From assembly GCF_009914755.1 (NCBI RefSeq), contig NC_060933.1: DNA of 64,000 bases. One strand, 5' to 3'. Below are positions 27,301 through 41,159 of the stretch, piece after piece. The translations under genes and the position numbers were made by a program. The stretch's first letter is position 1, and each line of letters begins with the position of its first letter. The notes beneath the pieces are model-generated. The model was not told where the DNA came from, made no database searches, and saw nothing but the letters and a program-made list of their open reading frames with translations. This stretch comes from the human T2T-CHM13v2.0 reference genome, Homo sapiens.

Positions 27301-30300
27301 CATTCCATTCCACTCCATTCCGTTCCATTCCATTCCATTCCATTGTATTCAGGTTAATTCCATTCCATTCCATTCCATTCCATTCCATTACAATCGAGTT
27401 GATTCCATTCCATTCCATTCCATTCCATTCCATTCCAGTCCTTTTCATTCCATTCCACTCGGGTTGATTCCATTCTATTAGTTTCCATTCCATTCCATTC
27501 CCTTCCATTCCACTCTGGTTGATTCCATTCCTTTCCATTCCATTTAATTCCATTCCATTCCATTCCATTCCATTCCAATCCGTTCCATTCCATTCCATTC
27601 TATTCCACTGCAATCGACTTGATTCCATTCCATTCCATTCCATTGCATTCCATTCCATGCCATTCCACTCGGGTTGATTCCATTCCATTCCATTCCATTC
27701 CATTCCATTCCATTCCATTCCGGAAGATTCCATTCCATTGCATTCCATTCCATTCCATTCCCCTGCACTCGCGTTGATTCCATTCCATTCCATTCCATTC
27801 CATTCCATTCCATTCCATTCCTTTCCGTTCCATTCCATTCGATTCCATTCCATTCCATTCCATTCCGTTCCGTTCCGTTCCGTTCCATTCCATTCCATTC
27901 CATTCTATTCGGGTTAATTCGATTCCATTCCATTCGATTGCAATCGAGTTGATTCCATTCCATTCCATTCCATTCCATTCCATTCCTTTCCATTCCATTA
28001 CGGATGATTCCTTTCCATTGCATTACCTTCCATTCCATTCCCCTGTACTCGGGTTGATTCCATTCCATTCCATTCCATTCCATTCTATTCCATTCCATTC
28101 CGGAAGATTCCATTCCATTGCATTCCATTCCATTCCATTCCCCTGCACTCGCGTTGATTCCATTCCATTCCATTCCATTCCATTCCATTCCATTCCATTC
28201 CGTTCCGTTCCGTTCCGTTCCATTCCATTCCATTCCATTCCATTCCGTTCCCTTCCATTCCATTCCATTCCATTCTATTCGGGTTAATTCCATTCCATTC
28301 CATTCGATTGCAATCGTGTTGATTCCATTCCATTCCATTCCATTCCATTCCATTCCATTCCATTCCATTCCTTTCCATTCCATTAGGGATGATTCCATTC
28401 CATTGCATTCCATTCCATTTAATTCCCCTGTACTCGGGTTGTTTCCATTCCATTGCATTCCAATCCATGCCCTTCCACTCGTGTTGATTCCATTCTTTCC
28501 ATTCCATTCAAGTTGAATCCATTCCATTGCATTCCATTCAATTCGATTCCATTCGATTGCACTCGGGTTGATTCCATTCCATTGTATTCCATTCCATTCC
28601 ATTCCATTCCATTCCATTCCATTCCGTTCCATTCCATTCCATTACATTCGGATTGATTCTATTCAATTCCCTTACACTCCATTACATTCCATTCCATTCG
28701 GGTAGTTTCCATTCCATTCCATTCCATTCCTCTCCATTCCATTGCACTCGGGTTGATTCCATTCCATTGCATTCCATTCCATTCCATTCAATTCCATACC
28801 GTTCCATTCCATTCCATTCCATTCGGATTGATTCTATTCAACTCCCTTACTCTCCATTACATTCCATTCCATTCGGGTTGTTCCATACCATTCCATTCCA
28901 TTCCACTCCATTCCATTGCACTCGGGTTTATTCCATTCCATTCCATTCCATTCCATTCCATTCCGGAAGATTCCATTCCATTGCATTGCATTCCATTCCA
29001 TTCCATTCCAATCGAGTTGATTCCATTCCATTGCATTCCATTCCATTCCACTCCATTCCAGTCCTTTCCATTCCATTACACTCGGGTTGATTCCATTCCA
29101 TTCCACTCCATTCCGTTCCATTCCATTCCATTCCATTGTATTCGGGTTAATTCCATTCCATTCCACTCCATTCAATTCCATTCCATTCCATTCCATTCCA
29201 TTACAATCGAGTTGATTCCATTCCATTCCATTCCATTCCATTCCATTCCATTCCATTCCATTCCTTTCCATTCCATTCCACTCGGGTTGATTCCATTCTA
29301 TTAGTTTCCATTCCATTCCATTCCCTTCCATTCCACTCTGGTTGATTCCATTCCTTTCCATTCCACTCGAATACATTCCCTCCTATTCCACTCGGAACGA
29401 TTCCATTCCATTCCATTCCATTCCATTCCAATCCATTCCATTCCATTCCAGTTCGTTCCATTCCGTTCTATTCGGTACCATTCCATTCCATTCCATTCCT
29501 TTCCATTCCATTCCTTTCCACTCGTGTTGATTCCATTCCTTTCCATTCCATTCGGTTTGAAGGCATTCCATTCCATTCAATTCCATTCCATTCCATTCCA
29601 TTCCCTTCCATTCTATTCCATTGCATTGCAATCGAGTTGAATCCATTGCCTTTCATTCCATTCCATTCCATTCCATTCCATTCCGGAAGATTCCATTCCA
29701 TTCCATTCCATTCCATTCCATTCCCCTGCACTCGCGTTGATTCCATTCCATTCCATTCCATTCCATTCCATTCCATTCCATTCTATTCGGGTTAATTCCA
29801 TTCCATTCCATTCCATTCCATTCCATTCCAATCGAGTTGATTCCATTCCATTCCATTCCACTCCATTCCAGTCCTTTCCATTCCATTCCACTCGGGTTGA
29901 TTCCAATGTATTCCTTTCCATTCCATTCCATTCCATTGCAATCGAGTTGATTCCATTGCTTTGCATTCCATTCCATTCCATTCCATTCCGGATGATTCCA
30001 TTCCATTGCATTCCCTTCCATTCCATTCCCCTGCACTCGGGTTGATTCCATTCCATTCCACTCCATTCCGTTCCATTCCATTCCATTCCATTGTATTCAG
30101 GTTAATTCCATTCCATTCCATTCCATTCCATTCCATTCCATTACAATCGAGTTGATTCCATTCCATTCCATTCCATTCCATTCCATTCCAGTCCTTTTCA
30201 TTCCATTCCACTCGGGTTGATTCCATTCTATTAGTTTCCATTCCATTCCATTCCCTTCCATTCCACTCTGGTTGATTCCATTCCTTTCCATTCCATTTAA

Positions 30301-33300
30301 TTCCATTCCATTCCATTCCATTCCATTCCAATCCGTTCCATTCCATTCCATTCTATTCCACTGCAATCGACTTGATTCCATTCCATTCCATTCCATTGCA
30401 TTCCATTCCATGCCATTCCACTCGGGTTGATTCCATTCCATTCCATTCCATTCCATTCCATTCCATTCCAATCCATTCCGTTCCATTCCATTTCATTACA
30501 TTCATTTTGATTCTATTCAATTCCCTTACACTCCATTATATTCCAATCCATTCTGGTTGTTTCCATTCCATTTCACTCCATTCCATTGAACTCGGTTTGA
30601 TTCCATTCCATTCCATTCCATTCCATTCCGGATGATTCCATTCCATTGCATTCCATTCCATTCCATTCCCCTGCACTCAGGTTGATTCCATTCCATTCCA
30701 TTCCACTCCATTCGGTTCCGTTCCATTCCATTCTATTGCATTCCATTCTATTCGGGTTAATTCCATTCCATTCTATTCCATTCCATTCCATTCCATTCCA
30801 TTCCATTGCAATGGAGTTGATTCCATTCCATTCCATTCCATTCCGGATGATTCCATTCCATTGCATTCCATTCCATTCCATTCCCCTGCACTCGTGTTGA
30901 TTCCATTACCTTCTATTCCATTCCATTCCGTTCCATTCCATTGCATTCCATTCTATTCCGGTTAATTCCATTCCATTCCATTCCATTCCATTCCATTCCA
31001 TTGCAATCGATTTGATTCCATTCCATTCCTTTCCATTCCATTCCATTGCCTTGCATTCCAATCGGGTTGATTCCATTCCCTTCTTTCCACTCCATTACAT
31101 TCCCTTCCATTCCACTCGGAATGATTGATTATATTCCATTCCATTCCATTTCATTCCATTGCAATCCATTCCAATCCATTCCATTCCATTCCACTCGAGT
31201 TGATTTCATTCCATTCCTTTCCATTCCATTCCATTCCTTTCCATTCGAGTTGATTCCATTCCATTCCATTCCATTGCATTCCATTCCATGCCATTCCACT
31301 CGGGTTGATTCCATTCCTTTGCATTCCATTCCATTCCATTCCATTCCATTCCATTCCATTCCGTTGCATTCCATTCCATTACATTCCGATTGATTCTATT
31401 CAACTCCCTTACTCTCCATTACATTCCATTCCATTCCATTCCATTCCACTCCATTCCATTGCACTCGGGTTGATTCCATTCCATTCCATTCCATTCCATT
31501 CCATTCCATTCCGGATGATTCCATTCCGTTGCATTCCGTTCCATTACATTCCCCTGCACTCGCGTTGATTCCATTCCATTCCATTCCATTCCATTCAATT
31601 CCATTCCATTACAATTCGTTCCATTCCATTCTATTCCCTACCATTCCATTCCATTCCATACCATTCCATTCCATTCCATTCCATTCCATTCCATTCCGTT
31701 CCATTCCGTTCCATTCCATTCCATTCCATTCTATTCGGGTTAATTCCATTCCATTCCATTCCATTCCATTCTATTCCATTCCATTGCAATCGAGTTGAAT
31801 CCATTGCATTTCATTCCATTCCATTCCATTCCATTCCGGAAGATTCCATTCCATTGCATTCCATTCCATTCCATTCCCCTGCACTCGCGTTGATTCCATT
31901 CCGTTCCATTGCATTCCATTCCATTCGATTCCGTTCCTTTCCGTTCCGTTCCATTCCATTCCATTCCATTCCATTCCGTTCCGTTCCATTGCATTCCATT
32001 CCATTCTATTCGGGTTAATTCCATTCCATTCCATTCGATTGCAATCGTGTTGATTCCATTCCATTCCATTCCATTCCATTCCATTCCATTCCATTCCATT
32101 CCTTTCCATTCCATTACGGATGATTCCATTCCATTGCATTCCATTCCATTCCATTCCCCTGTACTCGGGTTGATTCCATTCCATTGCATTCCAATCCATG
32201 CCCTTCCACTCGTGTTGATTCCATTCTTTCCATTCCATTCAAGTTGAATCCATTCCATTGCATTCCATTCCATTCGATTCCATTCCATTCCATTCCGTTT
32301 CATTCCATTCCATTACATTCGGATTGATTCTATTCAATTCCCTTACACTCCATTTCATTCCATTCTATTCGGGTAGTTTCCATTCCATTCCATTCCATTC
32401 CTCTCCATTCCATTGCACTCGGGTTGATTCCATTCCATTGCATTCCATTCCATTCCATTCCATTCCATTCCGTTCCATTCCATTCCATTACATTCTAATT
32501 GATTCTATTCATTTCCCTTAGTCTCCATTACATTCCATTCCATTCGGGTTGTTCCATTCCATTCCATTCCATTCCACTCCATTCCATTGCACTCGGGTTG
32601 ATTCCATTCCATTCCATTCCATTCCATTCCATTCCATTCCATTCCGGAAGATTCCATTCCATTGCATTCCATTCCATTCCATTCCCCTGCACTCGCGTTG
32701 ATTCCATTCCATTCCATTCCATTCCATTCCATTCCACTCCATTCCATTGCACTCGGGTTGATTCCATCCCATTCCATTCCATTCCATTCCATTCCGGATG
32801 TTTCCATTCCATTGCATTCCGTTCCATTACATTCCCCTGCACTCGCGTTGATTCCATTCCATTCCATTCCATTCCATTCAATTCCATTCCATTTCAATTC
32901 GTTCCATTCCATTCTATTCCGTACCATTCCATTCCATACCATTCCATTTCATTCCATTCCATTCCATTCCATTCCATTCCGTTCCACTCCGTTCCATTCC
33001 ATTCCATTGCATTCTATTCGGGTTAATCCCATTCCATTCCATTCCATTCCATTCTATTCCATTCCATTGCAATCGAGTTGAATCCATTGCATTTCATTCC
33101 ATTCCATTCCATTCCATTCCGGAAGATTCCATTCCATTGCATTCCAATCCATGCCATTCCCCTGCACTCGCGTTGATTCCATTCCATTCCATTCCATTCC
33201 ATTCCATTCCATTCCATTCCATTCCTTTCTGTTCCATTCCATTCCATTCCATTCCATTCCATTCCATTCCATTCCGTTTCATTCCATTCCATTCCATTCT

Positions 33301-36300
33301 ATTTGGGTTAATTCCATTCCATTCCATTCGATTGCAATCGTGTTGATTCCATTCCATTCCATTCCATTCCATTCCATTCCATTCCTTTCCATTCCATTAC
33401 GGATGATTCCATTCCATTGCATTCCATTCCATTCCATTCCCCTGTACTCGGGTTGATTCCATTCCATTGCATTCCAATCCATGCCCTTCCACTCGTGTTG
33501 ATTCCATTCTTTCCATTCCATTCAAGTTGAATCCATTCCATTGTATTCCATTCCATTCGATTCCATTCGATTGCACTCGGGTTGATTCCATTCCATTGCA
33601 TTCCATTCCATTCCATTCCATTCCATTCCATTCCATTCCATTCCGTTCCATTCCATTCCATTACATTCGGATTGATTCTATTCAATTCCCTTACACTCCA
33701 TTATATTCCATTCCATTCGGGTAGTTTCCATTCCATTCCATTCCATTCCTCTCCATTCCATTGCACTCGGGTTGATTCCATTCCATTGCATTCCATTCCA
33801 TTCCATTCAATTCCATTCCGTTCCATTCCATTCCATTACATTCGGATTGACTCTATTCAACTCCCTTACTCTCCATTACATTCCATTCCATTCGGGTTGT
33901 TCCATTCCATTCCATTCCATTCCACTCCATTCCATTGCCCTCGGGTTTATTCCATTCCATTCCATTCCATTCCATTCCATTCCATTCCGGAAGATTCCAT
34001 TCCATTGCATTCCATTCCATTCCATTCCCCTGCACTCGCGTTGATTCCATTCCATTCTATTCCATTCCATTCCATTCCATTATATTCCTTTCCGTTCCAT
34101 TCCATTCGATTCCATTCCATTCCATTCCATTCTGTTCCGTTCCGTTCCGTTCCATTCCATTCCATTCCATTCTATTCGGGTTAATTCGATTCCATTCCAT
34201 TCGATTGCAATCGAGTTGATTCCATTCCATTCCATTCCATTCCATTCCATTCCTTTCCATTCCATTACGGATGATTCCTTTCCATTGCATTACCTTCCAT
34301 TCCATTCCCCTGTACTCGGGTTGATTCCATTCCATTCCATTCCATTCCATTCTATTCCATTCCATTCCGGAAGATTCCATTCCATTGCATTCCATTCCAT
34401 TCCATTCCCCTGCACTCGCGTTGACTGCATTCCATTCCATTCCATTCCATTCCATTCCATTCCATTCCGTTCCGTTCCGTTCCATTCCATTCCATTCCAT
34501 TCCATTCCATTCCGTTCCGTTCCATTCCATTCCATTCCATTCTATTCGGGTTAATTCCATTCCATTCCATTCGATTGCAATCGTGTTGATTCCATTCCAT
34601 TCCATTCCATTCCATTCCATTCCATTCCATTCCTTTCCATTCCATTACGGATGATTCCATTCCATTGCATTCCATTCCATTCCATTCCCCTGTACTCGGG
34701 TTGTTTCCATTCCATTGCATTCCAATCCATGCCCTTCCACTCGTGTTGATTCCATTCTTTCCATTCCATTCAAGTTGAATCCATTCCATTGCATTCCATT
34801 CAATTCGATTCCATTCGATTGCACTCGGGTTGATTCCATTCCATTGCATTCCATTCCATTCCATTCCATTCCATTCCATTCCATTCCGTTCCATTCCATT
34901 CCATTACATTCGGATTGATTCTATTCAATTCCCTTACACTCCATTACATTCCATTCCATTCGGGTAGTTTCCATTCCATTCCATTCCATTCCTCTCCATT
35001 CCATTGCACTCGGGTTGATTCCATTCCATTGCATTCCATTCCATTCCATTCAATTCCATTCCGTTCCATTCCATTCCATTCCATTCCGATTGATTCTATT
35101 CAACTCCCTTACTCTCCATTACATTCCATTCCATTCGGGTTGTTCCATACCATTCCATTCCATTCCACTCCATTCCATTGCACTCGGGTTTATTCCATTC
35201 CATTCCATTCCATTCCATTCCATTCCGGAAGATTCCATTACATTGCATTCCATTCCATTCCATTCCATTCCAATCGAGTTGATTCCATTCCATTGCATTC
35301 CATTCCATTCCACTCCATTCCAGTCCTTTCCATTCCATTACACTCGGGTTGATTCCATTCCATTCCACTCCATTCCGTTCCATTCCATTCCATTCCATTG
35401 TATTCGGGTTAATTCCATTCCATTCCATTCCATTCCATTCCATTCCATTCCATTCCATTCCATTCCATTACAATCGAGTTGATTCCATTCCATTCCATTC
35501 CATTCCAGTCCATTCCATTCCATTCCACTCGGGTTGATTCCATTCTATTAGTTTCCATTCCATTCCATTCCCTTCCATTCCACTCTGGTTGATTCCATTC
35601 CTTTCCATTCCACTCGAATACATTCCCTCCTATTCCACTCGGAACGATTCCATTCCATTCCATTCCATTCCATTCCAATCCATTCCATTCCATTCCAGTT
35701 CGTTCCATTCCGTTCTATTCGGTACCATTCCATTCCATTCCATTCATTTCCATTCCATTCCTTTCCACTCTTGTTGATTCCATTCCTTTCCATTCCATTC
35801 GGTTTGAAGGCATTCCATTCCATTCAATTCCATTCCATTCCATTCCATTCCCTTCCATTCTATTCCATTGCATTGCAATCGAGTTGAATCCATTGCCTTT
35901 CATTCCATTCCATTCCATTCCATTCCATTACGGAAGATTCCATTCCATTCCATTCCATTCCATTCCATTCCATTCCCCTGCACTCGCGTTGATTCCCTTC
36001 CATTCCATTCCATTCCATTCTATTCGGGTTAATTCCATTCCATTCCATTCCATTCCATTCCATTCCAATCGAGTTGATTCCATTCCATTCCATTCCACTC
36101 CATTCCAGTCCTTTCCATTCCATTCCACTCGGGTTGATTCCAATGTATTCCTTTCCATTCCATTCCATTCCATTGCAATCGAGTTGATTCCATTGCTTTG
36201 CATTCCATTCCATTCCATTCCATTCCGGATGATTCCATTCCATTGCATTCCATTCCATTCCATTCCCCTGCACTCGGGTTGATTCCATTCCATTCCACTC

Positions 36301-37705
36301 CATTCCGTTCCATTCCATTCCATTCCATTGTATTCAGGTTAATTCCATTCCATTCCATTCCATTCCATTCCATTCCAATCGAGTTGATTCCATTCCATTC
36401 CATTCCATTCCATTCCATTACAGTCCTTTCCATTCCATTCCACTCGGGTTGATTCCATTCTATTAGTTTCCATTCCATTCCATTCCCTTCCATTCCACTC
36501 TGGTTGATTCCATTCCTTTCCATTCCATTTAATTCCATTCCATTCCATTCCATTCCAATCCGTTCCATTCCATTCCATTCTATTCCACTGCAATCGACTT
36601 GATTCCATTCCATTCCATTCTATTCCATTCCATTCCATTCCATTCCATTCAATTTTGTTCCAATCCATTCTATTCCGAACCATTCCATTCCATTCCATTC
36701 CATTCCATTGCATTCCATTCCATGCCATTCCACTCGGGTTGATTCCATTCCATTCCATTCCATTCCATTCCATTCCATTCCATTCCATTTCATTCCGTTC
36801 CATTCCATTTCATTACATTCATTTTGATTCTATTCAATTCCCTTACACTCCATTATATTCCAATCCATTCTGGTTGTTTCCATTCCATTCCATTCCATTT
36901 CACTCCATTCCACTGCACTCGGTTTGATTCCATTCCATTCCATTCCATTCCATTCCGGATGATTCCATTCCATTGCATTCCATTCCATTCCATTCCCCTG
37001 CACTCAGGTTGATTCCATTCCATTCCATTCCACTCCATTCGGTTCCGTTCCATTCCATTCTATTGCATTCCATTCTATTCTGGTTAATTCCATTCCATTC
37101 TATTCCATTCCATTCCATTCCATTCCATTGCAATGGAGTTGATTCCATTCCATTCCATTCCATTCCGGATGATTCCATTCCATTGCATTCCATTCCATTC
37201 CATTCCCCTGCACTCGTGTTGATTCCATTACCTTCTATTCCATTCCATTCCGTTCCATTCCATTGCATTCCATTCTATTCCGGTTAATTCCATTCCATTC
37301 CATTCCATTCCATTCCATTCCATTCCATTGCAATCGAGTTGATTCCATTCCATTCCTTTCCATTCCATTCCATTGCCTTGCATTCCAATCGGGTTGATTC
37401 CATTCCCTTCTTTCCACTCCATTACATTCCCTTCCATTCCACTCGGAATGATTGATTATATTCCATTATATTCCATTTCATTCCATTGCAATCCATTCCA
37501 ATCCATTCCATTCCATTCCACTCGAGTTGATTTCATTCCATTCCTTTCCATTCCATTCCATTCCTTTCCATTCGAGTTGATTCCATTCCATTCCATTCCA
37601 TTGCATTCCATTCCATGCCATTCCACTCGGGTTGATTCCATTCCTTTGCATTCCATTCCATTCCATTCCATTCCATTCCATTCCGTTGCATTCCATTCCA
37701 TTACA
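18310..37705 (+). repeat. ~6.3-kb higher-order repeat in about 3 tandem copies: ~18310-23580 (lacks 1,073 bp), ~23580-32590 (with internal 2.75-kb duplication), ~32590-37705 (partial)
   Basis: Markers recur at unit spacing: GTTCCATACC (19801, 26132, 28880, 35142), TTCATTTTGATT (~21462, 30501, 36818), GAATGATTGATTATA (~22090, 31119, 37446), CTATTCCCTACC (22621, 31631), AATCCATGCCATTCCCCTGC (18868, 24141, 33146). ORF pairs 23243/32258 and 24567/33582 are offset by 9,015. Confidence 0.85.
24935..30440 (+). repeat. Recent tandem duplication, unit ~2,748-2,753 bp (junction ~27,685)
   Basis: Identical ORFs 26109..26303/28857..29051 and 26553..26828/29301..29576 at offset 2,748. Private variants TTAGGGATGA (25630/28383), CCATTTAATTCCCCTG (25662/28415) and CAATTCCATACCG (26041/28789) occur only in these two copies. 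Confidence 0.92.
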
Positions 37706-37994
37706 TTCGGATTGACTCTATTCAACTCCCTTACTCTCCATTACATTCCATTCCATTCGGGTTGTTCCATTCCATTCCATTGCACTCGGGTTTATTCCAT
37801 TCCATTCCATTCCATTCCATTCCATTCCATTCCGGAATCTTCCATTCCATTGCATTCCATTCCATTCCATTCCCCTGCACTCGCGTTGATTCCATTCCAT
37901 TCCATTCCATTCCATTCCTTTCCGTTCCATTCCATTCCATTCCATTCCATTCCGTTCCGTTCCGTTCCGTTCCGTTCCATTCCATTCCATTCCA

Positions 37995-40610
37995 TTCTAT
38001 TCGGGTTAATTCCATTCCATTCCATTCCATTCCATTCCATTCCATTCCATTCCATTACAATCGAGTTGATTCCATTCCATTCCATTCCATTCCATTCCAT
38101 TCCATTCCAGTCCTTTCCATTCCATTCCACTCGGGTTGATTCCATTCTATTAGTTTCCATTCCATTCCATTCCCTTCCGTTCCACTCTGGTTGATTCCAT
38201 TCCTTTCCATTCCACTCGAATACATTCCCTCCTATTCCACTCGGAACGATTCCATTCCATTCCATTCCATTCCATTCCATTCCAGTTCGTTCCATTCCAT
38301 TCTATTCCTTACCATTCCATTCCATTCCATTCCTTTCCATTCCATTCCTTTCCACTCGTGTTGATTCCATTCCTTTCCATTCCTTTCGGTTTGAAGGCAT
38401 TCCATTCCATTCCATTCCATTCCATTCCATTCCATTCCATTCCATTCTCTTCCATTCCATTGCAATCGAGTTTAATCCATTGCCTTTCATTCCGTTCCAT
38501 TCCATTCCATTCCATTCCGGAAGATTCCATTCCATTACATTCCATTCCATTCCATTCCCCTGCACTCGCGTTGATTCCATTCCATTCCATTCCATTCCAT
38601 TCCGTTCCGTTCCATTCCATTCCATTCCATTCCATTCCATTCCATTCCATTCCGTTCCGTTCCATTCCATTCTATTCGGGTTAATTCCATTCCATTCCAT
38701 TCGATTGCCATCGAGTTGATTACATTCCATTTCATTCCATTCCATTCCATTCCATACCATTCCATTCCTTTCCATTCCATTACGGATGACTCCATTCCAT
38801 TGCATTCCATTCCATTCCATTCCCCTGTACTCGGGTTGATTCCATTCCATTCCATTCCACTCCATTCGGTTCCGTTGCATTCCATTCTATTGCATTCCAT
38901 TCTATTCGGGTTAATTCCATTCCATTCTATTCCATTCCATTCCATTCCATTCCATTGCAATGGAGTTGATTCCATTCCATTCCATTCCATTCCGGATTAT
39001 TCCATTCCATTGCATTCCATTCCATTCCATTCCCCTGCACTCGTGTTGATTCCATTCCCTTCCATTCCATTCCATTCCATTCCATTCCATTCTATTCCGA
39101 TTAATTCCATTCCATTCCATTCCATTCCATTCCATTGCAATCGAGTTGATTCCATTCCATTCCTTTCCATTCCATTCCATTGCCTTGCATTCCACTCGGG
39201 TTGATTCCATTCCCTTCTTTCCACTCCATTACATTCCCTTCCATTCCACTCGGAATGATTGATTCCATTCCATTCCATTCCATTTCATTCCATTGTATTC
39301 GGGTTAATTCCATTCCATTCCATTCCATTCCATTCCATTCCATTCCATTCCATTAGAATCGAGTTGATTCCATTCCATTCCATTCCTTTCCATTCCATTC
39401 CATTCCATTCCAGTCCTTTCCATTCCATTCTACTCGGGTTGATTTCATTCTATTAGTTTCCATTCCATTCCATTCCCTTCCATTCCACTCTGGTTGATTC
39501 CATTCCTTTCCATTCCACTCGAATATATTCCCTCCTATTCCACTCGGAACGATTCCATTCCATTCCATTCCATTCCATTCCATTCCATTCCAGTACGTTC
39601 CATTCCATTCTATTCCGTACCATTCCATTCCATTCCTTTCCATTCCATTCCTTTCCACTCGTGTTGATTCCATTCCTTTCCATTCCTTTCGGTTTGAAGG
39701 CATTCCATTCCATTCCATTCCATTCCATTCCATTCCATTCCATTCTCTTCCATTCCATTGCAATCGAGTTTAATCCATTGCCTTTCATTCCGTTCCATTC
39801 CATTCCATTCCATTCCGGAAGATTCCATTCCATTACATTCCATTCCATTCCATTCTCCTGCACTCGCGTTAATTCCATTCCATTCCATTCCATTCCATTC
39901 CGTTCCGTTCCATTCCATTCCATTCCATTCCATTCCATTCCATTCCGTTCCGTTCCATTCCATTCCATTCCATTCTATTCGGGTTAATTCCATTCCATTC
40001 CATTCGATTGCCATCGAGTTGATTACATTCCATTCCATTCCATTCCATTCCATTCCATTCCATTCCATTCCTTTCCATTCCATTACGGATGACTCCATTC
40101 CATTGCATTCCATTCCATTCCATTCCCCTGTACTCGGGTTGATTCCATTCCATTCCATTCCACTCCATTCGGTTCCGTTGCATTCCATTCTATTGCATTC
40201 CATTCTATTCGGGTTAATTCCATTCCATTCTATTCCATTCCTTTCCATTCCATTCCATTGCAATGGAGTTGATTCCATTCCATTCCATTCCATTCCGGAT
40301 TATTCCATTCCATTGCATTCCATTCCATTCCATTCCCCTGCACTCGTGTTGATTCCATTCCCTTCCATTCCATTCCATTCCATTCCATTCCATTCCATTC
40401 CATTCTATTCCGATTAATTCCATTCCATTCCATTCCATTCCATTCCATTCCATTGCAATCGAGTTGATTCCATTCCATTCCTTTCCATTCCATTCCATTG
40501 CCTTGCATTCCACTCGGGTTGATTCCATTCCCTTCTTTCCACTCCATTACATTCCCTTCCATTCCACTCGGAATGATTGATTCCATTCCATTCCATTCCA
40601 TTTCATTCCA
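37995..40610 (+). repeat. Tandem duplication, unit ~1.30 kb (junction ~39,295)
   Basis: Variants at offsets of 1,298-1,318: CCTTTCGGTTTGAAGG (38382/39685), GAGTTTAATCC (38468/39766), GAGTTGATTACATT (38713/40016), CCGGATTATTCC (38992/40295), TTCCGATTAATT (39095/40408). Confidence 0.9.
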
Positions 40611-41159
40611 TTGCAATCCATTCCAATCCATTCCATTCCATTCCATTCCACTCGAGTTGACTTCATTCCATTCCTTTCCATTCCATTCCATTCCATTCCT
40701 TTCCACTCGAGTTGATTCCATTCCATTCCAATCCATTGCATTCCATTCCATGCCATTCCACTCTGGTTGATTCCATTCCTTTGCATTCCATTCCATTCCA
40801 TTCCATTGCATTCCATTCCATTCCATTCCGTTGCATTCCATTCCATTACATTCGGATTGATTCTATTCAACTCCCTTACTCTCCATTACATTCCATTCCA
40901 TTCGGGTTGTTCCATTCCATTCCATTCCATTCCACTCCATTCCATTGCACTCGGGTTGATTCCATTCCATTCCATTCCATTCCATTCCATTCCGGATGAT
41001 TCCATTCCATTGCATTCCGTTCCATTACATTCCCCTGCACTCGGGTTGATACCATTCCATTCCATTCCATTCCATTCCATTCCATTCCATTCCATTCTAT
41101 TCGGGTGAATTCCTTTCCATTCCATTCCATTCCATTCCATTCCATTCCATTCCATTCCA

